From: Octopus vulgaris
Taxonomy: Eukaryota
DNA length: 64,000 bases
NCBI GenBank assembly: GCA_951406725.2
Contig: OX597819.1
Coordinates: forward strand, 95,852,001 to 95,916,000
Direction: 5' to 3'
Below are positions 61,700 to 64,000 of this stretch, piece after piece. Every line of letters begins with the position of its first letter. Within the stretch, counting starts at the first letter, position 1. Position numbers and translations under genes: made by a program. The notes under the pieces were generated by a model, which was given only the letters and a program-made list of their open reading frames with translations, did not search any database and was not told the DNA's origin.

Positions 61700-63000
61700 C
61701 TGTGATGGCCAGTTTTGTTTCTGTTGCTGTGTTTATATAGTTTTGCACCTTTGGCTAAAGTAGAGCATCTGTCAATGTGGTCATGTGTCAGTTCTCATGG
61801 GGTCTGAAGGAGGTATCTTGCATTGTTTCAGTATATACCTTAACTGACTTCTATTATGTTTTTTGACCTCCCTGTTATTGGGCTTCTGTTTGCAACTCAA
61901 TGAAAGACTTCTCAGAGAGTTAGGTGTTGGGTATGTGTTCAGTGTCCCACCTATCTCATATGTATTTTGGTTGCCATGTATGCACTCTTTAAATGCAGGA
62001 GGGGCCTGTTTGTTGTTCAATCTGTCCTGTCACTAGCTCCTTAATATGTGCTTCAGTCTTTAATGGTGAAAAAGTTGAAGTTGTGTTTTGTGTCTACTGA
62101 ATAGAATCCAGGTTTTATAGCAATGCATGAGAGCAGACATCACCACTCTTTTGTATATGTCCAATTTGTTGTTGATAAAGAGATCTTTATTGTTAAAGAT
62201 GTGCTTTCATCGCAAACTGTAAGTTTGAATTGGTTATTTGCAATTCATTCTTTATTTGTATATTGAGATGTAACTTCCTTAGTATTGGTAATGTTCAGTG
62301 GATTTTAGCTGATATCCCTAACAATAATGGTTGGTGTGGTAACAGGCTAGTAAGAGATGTTCCATAAACTTGTATCTTATTGGTGTTAATTGAAAGGCTA
62401 CAGCTGATTGTCACTCTGTTAAATTCATTAGCAAGTACACCTCAGCTTGTGACTGAGTTCCATTCCAGCTGACTGGTCATATGTTGGATGTATATTTTTC
62501 AACACTATTTTCATTCAGATGGGTTATAAAAATATAAAACACAAAAGTTTAATCCATAATTATTGTACATAGTGTGAAAAATACATAATATGTAATCTAT
62601 TTTTTGTGGTCGTTAGTTGAGAAGAAGGTGTACCTGTTGTTCTTTGACGAATGACAATGTCAGGGTACAGTAATTTGTGCACTCTGGTCATTTTTGTTTT
62701 TAGTTTCCTGTTATTTGATATTAAATAACTTACTGTTCTTGTGGCATATAAAAGTGTTGTCTTCTTGGTTGTGCTTAAAAGCTTCAAGTATAGTATGAAA
62801 AAGTGGGTGCTTTGACGATTCCTTGCATCACTCCATTGTTTAGAAATGACAGATGCTCTTCTTATACTGTAGGTTGGAACTCATGTACCATTGTGTAATA
62901 GTGCATTTTGCCTAACTAGCCTTTGCAAATGCACTCATCTTCTGCGTAACAGCCCACATAGTGCTGAATGTGTTTTTTTCAGATTGATGAAAATAGCTTA
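61700..63000 (-). mobile_element. Old RTE (BovB-like) LINE remnant in SMARCC intron 1
   Basis: NGVMQGIVKAP; NNKLDIYKRV...CYKTWILFSRHKTQLQLFHH.RLKHILR..QDRLNN. An APE-like remnant (IDFV, TDHIMI) lies on the plus strand at about 63130-63380. Confidence 0.55.
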
Positions 63001-64000
63001 GATGTTGGCATGACACTTTTATATCAGTGTTATTACTACCATACCCCCCCTCCCCAGTACATGAAAGATTGATGATTTCAGTGTCAAAATAGCTCAAACT
63101 CAGGCACATGACCCAAAATTATTCACAGAAATGACCTGTAAAATGGCAGCAATAAGGAGTTGCTACTGTTGTGACTGTACATCAAACATCAACTCACTAT
63201 CACAGCTAGTGTCATCAGACAGCTTGATTTATGGTTGGTTACCTGGTGGAAACCTGTGGTCAAATCGATTTTGTCACCTGTCAAGAAGACACCAAAAATG
63301 TTGTTGTCTTATACTGTGATGGGGAAGGGCCGAACGTCACAGATCACATCATGATTTGTACAAAGACAAGACAGGTCACTGAGAGCAACAAGAAAGCTTT
63401 TGACTTGTGAAATATGTGGTAACACACATTTCATCAACTTGTGACCGACTGAATCAAGTATGCCATTTCCAATGAAATGGGATATAAATCCAAAATCGAG
63501 ATTCGTTTGATTAAAACAACAAAGTGATTTGCCTGTTCTTCTCTCAAAACAATGCAGTATTTAATTTCTGGATCAATACTTGAGAATTACTCCTTTATCT
63601 AAGGACTAAATACCTACAATGAAAATCTTAAGTTTGAAGGCTAACATGAAAATGAAGAAAGCCAGAACCAAATCCAATGTGTTGCAAATGTTACTGATAA
63701 GTATGGCCACTTAAACTCTTATATAGTTGTTGCAAAATGTATACAGTCTAAGGTCAAATGTAAACAACTCCTGTCAAGTATAAGAATTGGCAATTGAATT
63801 TAGAGCACCACAGAGATAGAGAAATGATGGACAGAATATTTCTGAAAATTTCTTGCAAAAAGACCTATACTAACAACAAGCATTGACCAGATAGAACAGG
63901 AACCTATTAATAAAAATGTGGCAATTAAAATCATTAGTATCTATCACCTATTCAGAAACAATCATGTAGTAAGTGAAAACAACTTCTTAACCAAACTGAT

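Overview
AT-rich, intron-containing animal DNA. The tandem effector-less C2H2 zinc-finger genes and the SINE/RTE repeat families suggest an octopus (inference, not checked by search). Host genes: four C2H2-ZNF coding exons (1-591 +, 10324-11409 -, 18129-20954 -, 26483-27010 +), a complete five-exon CCDC12/Cwf18 gene (-, 41584-45602) and the first coding exon of SMARCC/BAF170 (+, 58321-58434). The rest is mostly decayed mobile DNA: mariner and Tc1-like transposons; RTE, Tx1/L1, CR1, R4/Dong and CRE-like LINE pieces; two tRNA-headed SINE families; RTE 3'-tail copies; and Penelope-like elements with hammerhead ribozyme motifs. Best leads: (1) a TSD-bounded 1.74-kb retroelement encoding only an ORF1/gag-like protein, with a divergent relative sharing a 3' hairpin; (2) a complete circularly permuted Penelope insertion; (3) several hammerhead motifs, including a fold-back cluster; (4) a structured 257-bp insertion beside a ZNF stop codon; (5) a 121-bp inverted copy bracketing CCDC12 exons 3-5. 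All calls were made by eye, and repeat boundaries are approximate unless a TSD is given.
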